From NCBI GenBank assembly GCA_963736855.1, contig CAVTQK010000021.1, positions 288,001 to 352,000 of the forward strand: a DNA stretch of 64,000 nt, in the 5' to 3' direction. A model generated the notes under the pieces. It made no database searches. It worked only from the letters and a program-made list of their open reading frames with translations, and was not told the DNA's origin. Below are positions 1 to 11,082 of the stretch, piece after piece. The stretch comes from an uncultured delta proteobacterium (lineage in GTDB: Bacteria > Desulfobacterota > Desulfobacteria > Desulfobacterales > UBA2156). The position numbers and the translations under genes were made by a program. Each line of letters opens with the position of its first letter. Positions within the stretch are counted from its first letter, which is position 1.

Positions 1-226
1 TTTTTGGAGCATCAGGCATTTATACAGCAACAACGGCGGATAGGCATCGGCGCCTTCGCCGCTGGTACCGACGGTATAATGACTCATCAAAACGGATTCG
101 ATTCGGGGCCAGTTGATGGATTTATTCGATCTTTTCCAGGGTCTTGAGGCTTCGGTTGTGCTCCAGGGTCTCTTTCATGGCCAGATCGGCGAAGGTCAAG
201 GACTCGTTCAGTCTTTTGAATCCCAT
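1..226 (-). CDS. IS5-family transposase, N-terminal part (one indel near 122-128; truncated by window edge)
   Basis: Not in the ORF track. Manual translation from ATG at 226 (AGGAGG RBS upstream) gives MGFKRLNESLTFADLAMKETLEHNRSLKTLEKI/KSINWPRIESVLMSHYTVGTSGEGADAYPPLLLYKCLMLQK, matching the G-x-x-AYPP..LL.K.LLLQ N-terminal motif of IS5 transposases. Confidence 0.8.
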
Positions 227-385
227 GGTCATCCTCCTGTTGGTTTTTTACAGAAGGATACCCTGATAAAATGATAAATGTCAATATAAAAAAGATATAA
301 ATAAATATTTATAGAGTAATCTATTGAGTCTGGAAAAGGAAGTCATGAAACAAGGTGGGAAAATCAGAGGTTATGCAAAGGCCTC
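1..385 (-). mobile_element. IS5-family insertion sequence, left end (continues beyond window start)
   Basis: Minus-strand terminus GAGGCCTTTGCATAACC (ends at 385) resembles IS5/IS1106-type inverted repeats (GAGACCTTTGCA...). A transposase start lies just inside it. Confidence 0.75.
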
Positions 386-450
386 ATATCACATCTCGGG
401 GGACGCTACTTTTATTTCCAGAAATAAGCTCTCAATTGAGGATGTAACCA

Positions 451-1230
451 ATGAATGTTATTAAACACTTTGTGGAAGCGACTATCAAGGCATTTGGGCG
501 CGGCAGGATTAACAAAGTCCTGAACTGCGCAGATATCAAATTTGAAATCGCTAAGAGTGGCGCAACGTACTATGATTACTATTGGCATAAAGCGAATAAG
601 AAAATTGATTTGAGAACAATAGGTGACTTTTGGGAAGTAGCAACAAGAGTTATTAAAGAAAAAAAAACCTTTCTCTACTATGATCGGCTTTTTACGTTAT
701 GGCAGGGTATTTTGAGCTTAAATTCTTCTGATTGTTCAATAGCAGAGATAGGAACTTATAAGGGGGGGTCAGCTAGATTCATCATAGAAACACTTAATAA
801 AAATAAATATAAAAACAAATTTTTTGTGTTTGATACTTTTAAAGGCCATTCCGTAGTTGATGAACGTGTTGATGGAAGGCACAAAATCGGCAACTTTGGT
901 GACACATCTTATGAGGAAGTGAAAACCTATCTCAATGCACCCGATGTAGTGATATATGAAGGTAATTTTTTAGATACCTCTCAGTTTATTGATCGTATCT
1001 TTAACTTTGGAATGGTCCATATCGATGTCGATGTTTACCCTGTGACAAAGTTTTGCTTAGAATTTTTTGAAAAACATACCATCCCTGGAAGTCTAATAAT
1101 CATAGATGATTACGGAAACAATAATTGTAAAGGGCTCAAAAAGGCTGTTGATGAATACATTTGCACCCATTCTTATTTCAAAATGTTTTACTTATTAACC
1201 GGACAAGCGCTATTGATAAAATATTGTTAA
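451..1230 (+). CDS. TylF/MycF-family O-methyltransferase (copy 1)
   Basis: EIGTYKGGS, FDTFKGH, VHIDVDVY and IIDDYG..CKGLKKAVDEY motifs. Confidence 0.85.
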   Translation: MNVIKHFVEATIKAFGRGRINKVLNCADIKFEIAKSGATYYDYYWHKANKKIDLRTIGDFWEVATRVIKEKKTFLYYDRLFTLWQGILSLNSSDCSIAEIGTYKGGSARFIIETLNKNKYKNKFFVFDTFKGHSVVDERVDGRHKIGNFGDTSYEEVKTYLNAPDVVIYEGNFLDTSQFIDRIFNFGMVHIDVDVYPVTKFCLEFFEKHTIPGSLIIIDDYGNNNCKGLKKAVDEYICTHSYFKMFYLLTGQALLIKYC

Positions 1231-1474
1231 TAAGCATATGAATGACTGGTAATCTTGATTCTTCAACTTGTAGAATTTAGACCTTGAACACTTTTAGAGT
1301 AATCAAAAGCTTCACCATCAACATTGTCATACGGTTTACGATCAATTTTATTTAATTTGTTCTCGATCCCGACCGTTAGGCGAGCCTATCCCATTGAAGT
1401 TGGTTGAAAAGATAAAATAGGCTAATTCTATAAAAGTTTTTCCAAGGCATTGATTTATAATTTAGAAATTATTT

Positions 1475-2240
1475 TTGAGAATCGATATCAAGACAAAAAC
1501 TATCATAGCGCTAATACCTGCAAGATCGGGATCAAAACGTTTAAAAGAAAAGAATATCAAGCTATTAAGCGGTCATCCGTTAATGAGTTATACAATTTCT
1601 GCTGCCCTGAAAAGCAAAATATTTAATTCGGTAATCGTTTCAACCGACTCGAAAATTATACTCAAAGATAGCAAAACATTATGGCGCAGAGGTGCCAATT
1701 TTAAGACCGGTCAGAAATATCGGGAGATACATCACCGGATATTGAATGGGTGGAATACACTTTGAGGAAATCTCAAAGATAACGGCAAAGAATATGACTG
1801 TTTTTCTATTTTACGTCCAACTAATCCTTTTCGTATGCCGGAAACCATTCAAAGAGCATGGAACTCATTTCTTAAACGAAAAAGGAATCGATTCCCTCAG
1901 AGCCGTTGAAAAATGCAAACAACATCCGGGGAAAATGTGGGTAATTAGAAATGATAGGATGCTACCCCTTCTCCCTCTCAGCCCTGCAGAGCAGCCATGG
2001 CACAGCAGTCAGTATCAATCCCTTCCGGAAGTATTGTACAAAATGCAAGTTTAGAAATTTCTTGGACTCGAAATGTATTCGAAGGATCGAACAATAGCAG
2101 GAACGATTATGATGCCGTTTTACACCGCTGGTTATGAAGGATTTGATATCAACTACCCGTATGATTGGAAAATTGCTGAAGAACTTATTTCCACCGGTCA
2201 AGCAATATTACCGTCTATAAACGAACTGCCGTATATTTGA
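1475..2240 (+). CDS. Acylneuraminate cytidylyltransferase (NeuA-like) 1, frameshifted
   Basis: IALIPARSGSKRLKEKNI N-terminus. LRPTNPFR, QNASLEI and GFDINYPYDW appear in successive frames. Several single-base indels. Confidence 0.8.
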
Positions 2241-2254
2241 AATAATATGGGGTC

Positions 2255-4183
2255 TTGATCATGATTGATTTAAAACTCATCCCTTTATCGGAATTTAATA
2301 GGATAAACAATTCAACGCGAAAAGATAAATATGACAAATTGCATTTGATTGCTGATATGTGTCGAGCAAATACTTTAGTTGCCGTGAAAAAAGCCGGTTC
2401 AGGCCACTTAGGGATCCAGCTTCAGCTCGATCGATATTGTTGTCTGGCTTTATTATTGCAAAATGAACACGATCGAAATAGGTCTGGATAATCCCGATAG
2501 AGATATTTATTTTTCTTCGAAAGGACATGACGCGCCTGGCCTTTACAGCGTTTTGTATTCCTTGGGGATTTTGGATAAGCAAAAGTTGCTCAAACTCAGA
2601 AGAATCAGCGGATTGGACGGTCATCCCCATATCAGCATTCCGGGAATCGAGGCAAATTCCGGATCTTTGGGAATGGGAATTTCCAAGGCAAAAGGAATCG
2701 CCTTTGCAAAGAAAATCAAAGGGGGAGAATGGATGTGTTTCGTGATGACCGGAGACGGTGAATTCCAGGAAGGGCAAATTTATGAGGCGCTGCAAACTGC
2801 CCCACATCAAAAGATCACAAATCTTGTTGTCATCATGGATCACAATAAAATACAGACAGATAAACCCGTTGAAAATGTAATTAGCCTCGGTCCATTGAAG
2901 AAAAAATACGCTCTTTTGGATGGCATTGCGAACGATGTAACGGTCATGACTTTAGAAGCATCGAAGATGCTTTTCATAAGTTGGATAAGATTGCTTCAAG
3001 ACCAAAGGTGCTCGTAGCCGATACGATCAAAGGGAGAGGCGTTTATTTCATGGAACATCCATACGACCTGGAAAAGACCGGCGGTTTTTACCGCTGGCAT
3101 TCGGGAGCTCCGGATGATGAATCTTTTAAAAAAGCCTTCGATGAACTGATTGATCGAATCAGCCTTCGTTGTCAGAAATTGAAATTGGAACCCATCTCGT
3201 TTGAAACGATTCCTGTTGAAAAGAAGAAAAAAAGCGGTGTCACTCTCAGAATATGTTGCGGATGCTTTCGGAGAAGCTCTTGTTGATATCGCAGAAGCCC
3301 GAAAGGATGTTATCGTACTGGATTCGGATTTGGCTGCAGATTGCCGTCTTCGCGCTTTTGAAGCCAAATACCCGGAGCGATTTATTGAGAATGGGATTGC
3401 CGAACAGGATATGGTTTCAATGGCAGGGGGGATTGCATCTCAGGGCTTATTACCTGTTGTCAATACGTTTGGAGCCTTTTTATCTTCCGAGCAAACGAGC
3501 AAATCTACAATAATGCCAGCGAATTGAACAAAAATCATCTATGTTTGCCACTATGCGGGGTTGATTCCGGCAGGACCCGGATTATCCCATCAGTCGATTA
3601 GAGATATATCGCTGGTTGGAGCATTGCCGAATATTACATTTTGCAGCCCTGTAACGCGGTAGAGACTCGTTTACTTTTTGAATATTGCATAAACGAAGCC
3701 GATCAAAATTGCATGATCAGACTTAATATCGGTCCATCTCCGGGTAAAATCGAATTGCCGTCTGGCTACCGGATTGAGGAAGGTCGCGGATCGGTATTAC
3801 ACAACGGAAAAGATGCCGTCCTCTTCGCGTACGGGCCTGTAATGTTAAACGAAGCCTTGAAAGCGGCGTCAATACTGAAAAATGAAGATTTTGGAATTCG
3901 GGTTATTAATATGCCGTGGCTGAACCGAATTGATGATCTCTGGATTGCAGATGCTATATCTAAAGTCAAAAATATTTTCGTTATAGAGGATCACAGCCCA
4001 ACTGGAGCGTTAGGAGATTACCTATTAAATACATTGGAATCAAGGAGCTTGCTAAAAGGCAGACGATTTCATAAATTCTCCGTTGAGGGATATCCTGCAT
4101 GGGGTACGCCTCAAGAAGTACTTCGGTATCATCGGCTAGATGCGATATCATTAGTAAAAAGAGTTATCACGGAAATTAGATAG
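2255..4183 (+). CDS. Transketolase-like ThDP-dependent enzyme (fused N- and C-terminal domains), frameshifted
   Basis: AGSGHLG, SKGHDAP, GDGEFQEGQ (ThDP motif), GIAEQDMVSMAGG and IEDHSPTGALG occur in consecutive ORF fragments. Confidence 0.85.
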
Positions 4184-4195
4184 GAAATTTCTGTT

Positions 4196-5560
4196 ATGAT
4201 TCCTAACGTTCTATTTCTTCCAAGTAACAATTATAATTTTATTGAGATGCACAATTGGGGAAGTACCTTTTAAGTCGACACCTTGCTTATCCAGTCATGC
4301 TTTTAACGAACAGTTCGATATCTAAATACAAAAATCAGTTTGATAATAGTGGAATTCAATATATCAATCCAAATAATAAATTATTGGAAAAAATACAGAG
4401 GAAAGTATTAAAAGCTTTTGATGAAATCTTTAAAAATAAATTGAGTAATATTAAAAAGGAATTGTTTTCCATCGTACTGAAAAGGCGTGAGCATGATATC
4501 ATCGGGTTTATTGAAAAAATATGACCCCAGGTCAGTGGTTGTAAAGGGCGATCGACATTGGAATAATGGTTGGGAACCAGCCATGATAAGAACATGCAAT
4601 GATCAGAGGAATCCCGTCCATTATTATTCCTATGGCACTTTCAAATATCGAATCGCTGGCTAAGAAGAAGGCCTAATCAAAAATTAAATGCTAAGTTTTA
4701 TCCATATATAAAACAATATTATCCGAAACAATGCTTATGGGATAGCAGAACCAGCAGTTATTATCTGTATAGAGAGCCTTCGTTGATTTTAGCTCTGGCA
4801 AAAAGAGATATGTTGCCGGATAATCCATGGATTATGGGAGGAGGAAAAAGTACTTTCGTTTTGGTTGAAGGAGAAGATATCAAGCGGCGCTATATCGAGT
4901 GGGGATGTAATAAAGATAAAATCATTGTGACCGGTCGTGCCGCGCATGATTATTTGTTTGAAGGATTCAAACAAAAGCAAAATATTAGGGATAGGCTTTT
5001 TAAGAAATATCATTTTAATCAAGATGTTAAACTTATTCTTGTCGCTCTACCGCAGTATGCAGAAGAAGGTTTGTTGAGTTGGGAAAAACATTTGAACGAA
5101 ATCAATTTTATAGGAAGTATTTATCAGCAATTAAATGCAAATTGTCTTATATCCCTACACCCAAGAATGGAACGGAATAACTATTTATTTTTAGAGAAAG
5201 AATATTCATTGGTAATTGCTGAAGAACCTTTATCGGATATTTTACCGGCTGCTGATATTTTTACAGCAACTTATTCATCTACGGTTCCTTGGGCTGTTTT
5301 ATGTCAAATACCTACAGTTGTTTTCGATTTTCTGGACTTCGGGTATGAGTCATTTAATTATCCGGGGACTATCATAGTTAAAGATAAGGAAAAATATAAT
5401 GTCGGAATTAGAAAAATTATTGAATAACGATTATTACTATTCTTTTATGAAAAAAGAACAAATAGATGCATCTCAAAATATATCCACCTTTGATGGAAAA
5501 TGTATGGAAAGAATTGCAGATATTGTTATAAATACCGGAAACTATTTGAAAGGTAATTAA
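4196..5560 (+). CDS. Uncharacterised GT-B-like protein, putative ulosonate transferase (copy 1), frameshifted
   Basis: KIIVTG..HD, SLHPRM and YSSTVPWA motifs are typical of CMP/CDP-dependent GT-B C-terminal domains. Clear paralogue at 13748-15126. Sits next to NeuA. Confidence 0.6.
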
Positions 5561-6974
5561 TGATTTATTACATAACCAAACAGTCTCATAGATATAAAAG
5601 ACAAATTCGAAATAGGAGCGAGAATGATAAATCAAAAGCAACACAATTAAATTAAGTGATCTGAAAACATTTGATCGGGAATTTAACAGAAATGATTTAG
5701 AAACTACATACAATTTTTCAACCAGAAAATATTACCGTATCTATTTTTACGATTTATTAAAAAGGAGGTTATCTGGTTAAAAAATATTGAAAATGGTCAA
5801 TGTCAAGAATTTCTAATAACATACCCGCTGTATAATCTGATATGTAGTTCATTTTTTGATTTTGCTCTTCGCTCTGCGAAAAGGCGATGATTTTATTATC
5901 GGTAGGGAATAGTTAACATTCACATTGAAAAGAATATAGGTGATTTCGTGCAAAAAAACGAATATGAGTCCATGGCAATACCTGTTGAATTAGACAAAAA
6001 GATAAGCGAATTTGTTGAAAACAGCGAGGGGATAGTGTCAAATAAAATCCAGGCGATATCCCAAGCGTGGCAGATATATGAAAAATTATTTCTACAAGAA
6101 AAAAATCCTGGGACCATAAAGATCGGCAACAAATTTGTCGGACATAATCAGCCAATTTTCGTGACAGCTGAAATAGGAATAAACCACAACGGAAGTTTGG
6201 ATATTTGTAAAAGATTGATTGATTTGGCCTTTGAAGTTGGTTGTGACGCTGTAAAATTTCAAAAACGAACTATTGATATAATTTATACAAAAGAGGAATT
6301 GGAAAAATTTCGAGAGAGCCCATTCGGACAAACAAACGGGGACTTAAAACGAAAATTGGAGTTTGGAGAAAAAGAATATTCCGAGATTGATCAATATTGC
6401 AAAAAAAAAGGAATTATTTGGTATGCATCTCCTTGGGACATACCAAGTGTTGAATTTTTAGAAAAATTTAATGTTCCTTGCCATAAAATTGCTTCAGCTT
6501 GCATAACAGATAAAGAGCTATTAATAAAAATAAAAGAAACAAAAAAGCCGGTCATATTATCTACCGGAATGAGCACTCTCAAACAGATAAACAAAGCGGT
6601 AAAATTATTAGGAGAAGAAAATTTGATAATTTTGCACTGCACTTCCACATATCCAACCGCAGAAAGTGAACATAACCTCAACACTTTAAAAACATTAAGA
6701 AAATATTTTAATTGTCCAATTGGTTATAGCGGCCATGAAACGGGAATTTGGCCGACAATAATTGCAACAGCGTTGGGCGCATGTGTTTTAGAAAGGCATA
6801 TAACTTTAGATAGAACGATGTTTGGAAGCGATCAAGCCGCTAAACCTTGAAAGAAAAGGGATTGAGACAATATGTAAAATTGCTAAAATTACAAATGTAT
6901 ATCTAGGCAATGGGAAAAAAATAGTTTATGATTCAGAAAAACAAATTCTTAAAAAATTAAGAAGAGTTGAATAA
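5560..6974 (+). CDS. neuB: N-acetylneuraminate synthase family protein (short NeuB without SAF domain) with possible long N-terminal extension; frameshifted
   Basis: AEIGINHNGS, AVKFQKR, LHCTSTYP, GYSGHE and ERHITLDR motifs; ends KKLRRVE* at 6974. The core is 5948-6974. The 5560-5947 segment begins with an ATG overlapping the previous stop but is broken by indels and may be a separate gene. Confidence 0.75.
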
Positions 6975-6994
6975 TCTTTAAAATAGGTGGTTGT

Positions 6995-7623
6995 ATGAAT
7001 AAAATTGTATCTATAATACCAGCAAGAGGAGGAAGTAAAAGAATTCCAAAAAAAAACCTTATAAAAATCAATGGTAAACCTTTAATTTATTATATGATTA
7101 AAGCTTCTTTGGAATCCAAAGTAGATGAAACATGGGTTAGTTCGGAAGATGATGAAATATTACGAGTAGCAAAAAAATATGGCGCTAAAATAATTAAAAG
7201 ACCAGAAGAGTTGGCAACGGATACATCATCAAGCGAATCTGTTTTATTACATTTTGCAGATAATTGTTCTTTTGATATACTTGTATTTTTAGATACCTAC
7301 TTCTCCATTGACTACACCAGAAGACATCAATAAATCCATAGAGCTAATGAAATATTATGACTCTGTCGACAGTATCCGAACTGACACAATTTATATGGTT
7401 TGAAAATAATCCATCCTATGATTTAAATAATAGACAAAGAACGCAAGATTGCAAAAAGACTTATATTGAAACTGGGGCAATTTTTATAACCAATAGAGAA
7501 AACCTTTTAAAAACAAAAAATAGGCTTAGCGGAAAAATTGGTTTTTGTATAGTACCCAAAATTCGTTCATTTGATATAGATTCATATGAAGATCTTGAAT
7601 TAATTAAGAGGTTGATAATATGA
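6995..7623 (+). CDS. Acylneuraminate cytidylyltransferase (NeuA-like) 2, frameshifted
   Basis: IIPARGGSKRIPKKN, RQRTQD, ETGAIF and SFDIDSYEDL motifs. Confidence 0.85.
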
Positions 7624-8346
7624 ATAAGGAAATATTATTTGGGAAGAATTGCTTTATAACTGGGGCAAAAGGAGGATTAGGAAAAGAAATTGCATTCGAA
7701 ATGGCTAAATGTGGGTGTAATTTATTTTTAACAGGCAGAAATACATCAAACTTGGAAATGCTGAAAAGCGAACTTAAAAAAATAAATAAAAATATAAAAA
7801 TATTTTTCGAAAAATGTGACTTAAATAATTTTGATGAAATTAAACGGATTATTAGTAAAGCTAAAAACTAGTTTAGAAATGTTGACATTTTAATTAACTG
7901 TGCTGGAGTTTTTCCGGTTAAAAAATTCATTGATTCTGAGATCGAAGATTTTGATAAATGTTTTAATATAAATATAAAAGCCCCATTTATATTATGTAAA
8001 GAATTTAGCAAAGAGATGGTTAAAAATAAATGGGGAAGAATTGTCAATGTAGGATCTTCGTCGGCTTATAGTGGTTTCAGGGAAACATCAATATACTGTG
8101 CCTCCAAACATGCCATTTTAGGACTGTCAAGAGCAATTTATAATGAGCTTAAAGATTACAATGTCAGAACATTTTGCATTTCACCAGGTTCTATAAAAAC
8201 AGAAATGGGGAAACAGGTTAAAAACCAGAAATTTGATACCTTTTATCCAACCAAAAGAAATTGCTAAATACATTTCATTTGTAATCTCGTTTGATGGATA
8301 CATGATTTCAGAAGAGGTAAGACTTAATAGGATGTTTATACAATGA
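7620..8346 (+). CDS. SDR-family oxidoreductase 1, frameshifted
   Basis: TGAKGGLG, LINCAGV and YCASK catalytic motif. Confidence 0.85.
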
Positions 8347-9119
8347 CTTATTTGGAAACACTGTTTTCATTAAAAGGAAAAGTTGCATTGGTCACTGGTG
8401 CAGCAAGAGGCAATGGAAAAGCGATTGCAGAATCTTTGTTGAGAGCAGGCGCTAAAGTATTACTATTCGATGTGTTAGAGAAAGAACTTAATGAAACTGC
8501 AGATCATTTTAAAAGCGAATATTTAGACGCTATACCTTACGTGTGTGATCTTTCTAATTTTGGTAAAATTGATGAAATGATAATTTTTATTAAAAATATA
8601 ACTGAAAAAGTTGATATTCTCATAAATAACGCAGGGGTTAGTTTTAGCAATCCAGTATTTGATTACCCTGATGAATTCTGGGAAAAAACGTACAAAGTCA
8701 ATGTAAATGCTCCCTTCGAATTATCAAAAAAAATAGGGAAGCTTATGAGGAAGTATAAATCCGGAGTGATTATAAACATAACAAGCTTAAATGCCGAATT
8801 GGCATTTGCTGACAACCCGGCATATGTTTCTGCTAAAGGTGCTTTAAAGCAGTTATCAAAATCTTTGGCTATGGATTTAGGAAAATATGGGATTAGAGTG
8901 AATAATGTCGGCCCAGGTTATTTCAAAACTCAGTATGAACAAAAAAAAGTTGGGATGATACTGTTTTAAATAAGCAAAGAAAAAACCGAACTATTTTAGG
9001 AAGGTGGGGCTTCCCTGAAGATTTAGCAGGAATTATTGTTTTTTTATTTCAAATTATCTTCATATATAACCGGCCAAGACATTTATGTCGATGGTGGTTG
9101 GCTAATAAAAGGATTATAA
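8343..9119 (+). CDS. SDR-family oxidoreductase 2 (gluconate-5-dehydrogenase-like), frameshifted near C-terminus
   Basis: TGAARGNG, NNAG, YVSAK, NNVGPGYF and ITGQDIYVDGG motifs. Confidence 0.85.
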
Positions 9120-9130
9120 AAATACATTAA

Positions 9131-9817
9131 ATGGTTTTTAATAAAGAAACAAGCGACAAAGAAAAATTGTACAATAAATTTTATAACGGAAATGAGTATG
9201 AATATTGGGAACACGCGCCAGGCAAAAATGTGATTATAGTAGCTGTAGCTGATTTTTTAAAGAAAGGACTGTTACCAAAATCAGCAAAGATCGTTGATGT
9301 AGGGTGCGGAACCGGTTTTTTCATGGATAGGATTTATAAGGAAGTAAATAACAATGTTGAATTGTCGGGCATTGATATATCATCTGAGGCGATAGCTATT
9401 GGCAAAAAAAAATACCCATATCTTGCAAAACAGCTATTTAATGGTGATGGATGTGAAACCGGATTCAATAGAAATTATTTTGACCTTCTTATTTGTTATG
9501 GGTCATATGAACATTTTAAATCACCATATTTGGGATTAAAAGAAGCGGCACGAATTTTAAAAAAGGGAGGATATATCATGATAATGGTTCCCACATTAGG
9601 TATTGATCGCACTGATAGAAAAGATGAGGGGTGGTATGAGAAAAGGAGAAGTTGTGAACAACCACGAACTTGGCAAATGCAGTGGAATTACTACAGGAAA
9701 ACGTGGGAAGATTTGTTAAAAAAGGCATCTTTTAAATTGTATCCTATTGATATCCCTATTAATTATGGCGAATTAAACGGGCGTTTTTTATTTCGGAAGA
9801 AAAGGATCAAAGCCTGA
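9131..9817 (+). CDS. Class I SAM-dependent methyltransferase
   Basis: VDVGCGTG, GIDIS and EAARILKKGG motifs. Confidence 0.85.
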   Translation: MVFNKETSDKEKLYNKFYNGNEYEYWEHAPGKNVIIVAVADFLKKGLLPKSAKIVDVGCGTGFFMDRIYKEVNNNVELSGIDISSEAIAIGKKKYPYLAKQLFNGDGCETGFNRNYFDLLICYGSYEHFKSPYLGLKEAARILKKGGYIMIMVPTLGIDRTDRKDEGWYEKRRSCEQPRTWQMQWNYYRKTWEDLLKKASFKLYPIDIPINYGELNGRFLFRKKRIKA

Positions 9818-9842
9818 GGATATTTAAAAATAGAGGTGATAT

Positions 9843-11042
9843 CAGTGCTGTCCAAAATTAATTCGAGTTAGCGTTTTGGTATCAATAATATCAAGCAGTT
9901 ACTTTTCAAAAAGGCTTTTTCAAAGATAAGGTTCTATTTTTCATGTTAGTAGATGCTGTTCAAGAGCGGAGAAAGGCAGGGGGTATTGGATAGATTTTAG
10001 AGTTATCGGTAATGTTTCAAAGGGTCTGTCGATCCATTCCCATGAATTGCGGTATGTAAAGAGGTGCTAGCCCCAAAATCCAGGTGTTTGGTCAAAAAGA
10101 TGCATATTTCTCCGGATTCCGGATCTATGCGGACGATTCGGCGTAGGGTGTGGGGGCAATGCTTTTTGGAGTAATAACCGGAAAACCGGATCTGTTCATC
10201 GGATACGATGTTCCGATGTAGGGGAGGTTCCCTTTTCTCCAAAACGACGTAGTCGGCATTGTCTTTGAAGCGTGTGACAAAAAAGATGCCTTGTCGGGTC
10301 CAGTGGTCAAAGAGGCAGTAATCGGTATAACCCCGGTCGACGGCCACGATGGAGCCCGGGACGAAAGAAACCTGGCGCGCAATTCGAATATCGTGTTTTT
10401 CCCCTTCCGTAATACAGGCAAAAGTGGGAAGATACCCGTCATGATCCAAAAGCAGATGCAGCTTGATTGCCCCTTTTGTCCAGCGGAAACTGGCTCACAG
10501 GAAAAGGGATAGGCACAGGGATACGAGGGTACTATCCAATGTCAACAACTTGTTTTTGAACCGAAAGCGTTTGGGTTTATGCGGTGCGCCTTTCTGACAG
10601 AACTCCAGCGTTTGATAAAACAGATCTTGGAAGAGCTGCCACGGGCGATGGGCATTGGCATAGGAAAGGGTCGATTTGTTGGGAGACACTTTAACTCCCA
10701 AATGCTTCAGTTTCCCTAAACAGCTGGCCAGTCCCCCACTGATCTATCTAAGACTCTTGGCCTGTGCAAGCTGGCAAAACAACATGGTAATAAAACGATC
10801 CCAGGAATGAAACAGCTTGGCAAATCGTTCGGATCCGTGACGAAAAACCAATTCATGAAATCGTTGACGGTTGAACACGGCAAGCAGTTGACTGAACAGA
10901 CTGGCATGGCGTATCATCACTCATCCTCCTTTTCGGACTTTCTCGGTTATTGTTTTGGGCAACATAACCATGCCCTATAAGTAGGATTTTTTTCAGCTGT
11001 CAATTCCCATTAACTTACGAAAAGCGTTTTTGGACAAGTCTG
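9843..11042 (-). mobile_element. Degenerate IS4-family insertion sequence (~1.2 kb)
   Basis: Imperfect terminal inverted repeats CAGTGCTGTCCAAAA (9843) and CAGACTTGTCCAAAA (reverse complement, ending 11042) bracket transposase fragments. GC is higher than in the flanks. Confidence 0.85.
9945..10917 (-). pseudogene. IS4-family DDE transposase pseudogene (DUF4372-type N-terminus)
   Basis: MIRHASLFSQL..., KSTLSYANAHRPWQLF, TLDST, KLHLLLDHDGYLP and DRGYTDY. There is an in-frame TAG near 10745. The Y-x-x-RW-x-IE segment after FLTKHLDFGAST is absent (internal deletion). Confidence 0.85.
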
Positions 11043-11082
11043 AACCCTATTATTTGTGACTTATTTGTGAAAGATCAAATCA

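Noticed and set aside
87..284. 65-aa minus-strand ORF from the track
   Set aside because: Wrong frame; the real coding frame is the IS5 transposase starting at 226.
2255..4183. Housekeeping dxs or tkt
   Set aside because: Its position within a sugar cassette that was duplicated as a unit argues for a specialised role, so no gene symbol was assigned.
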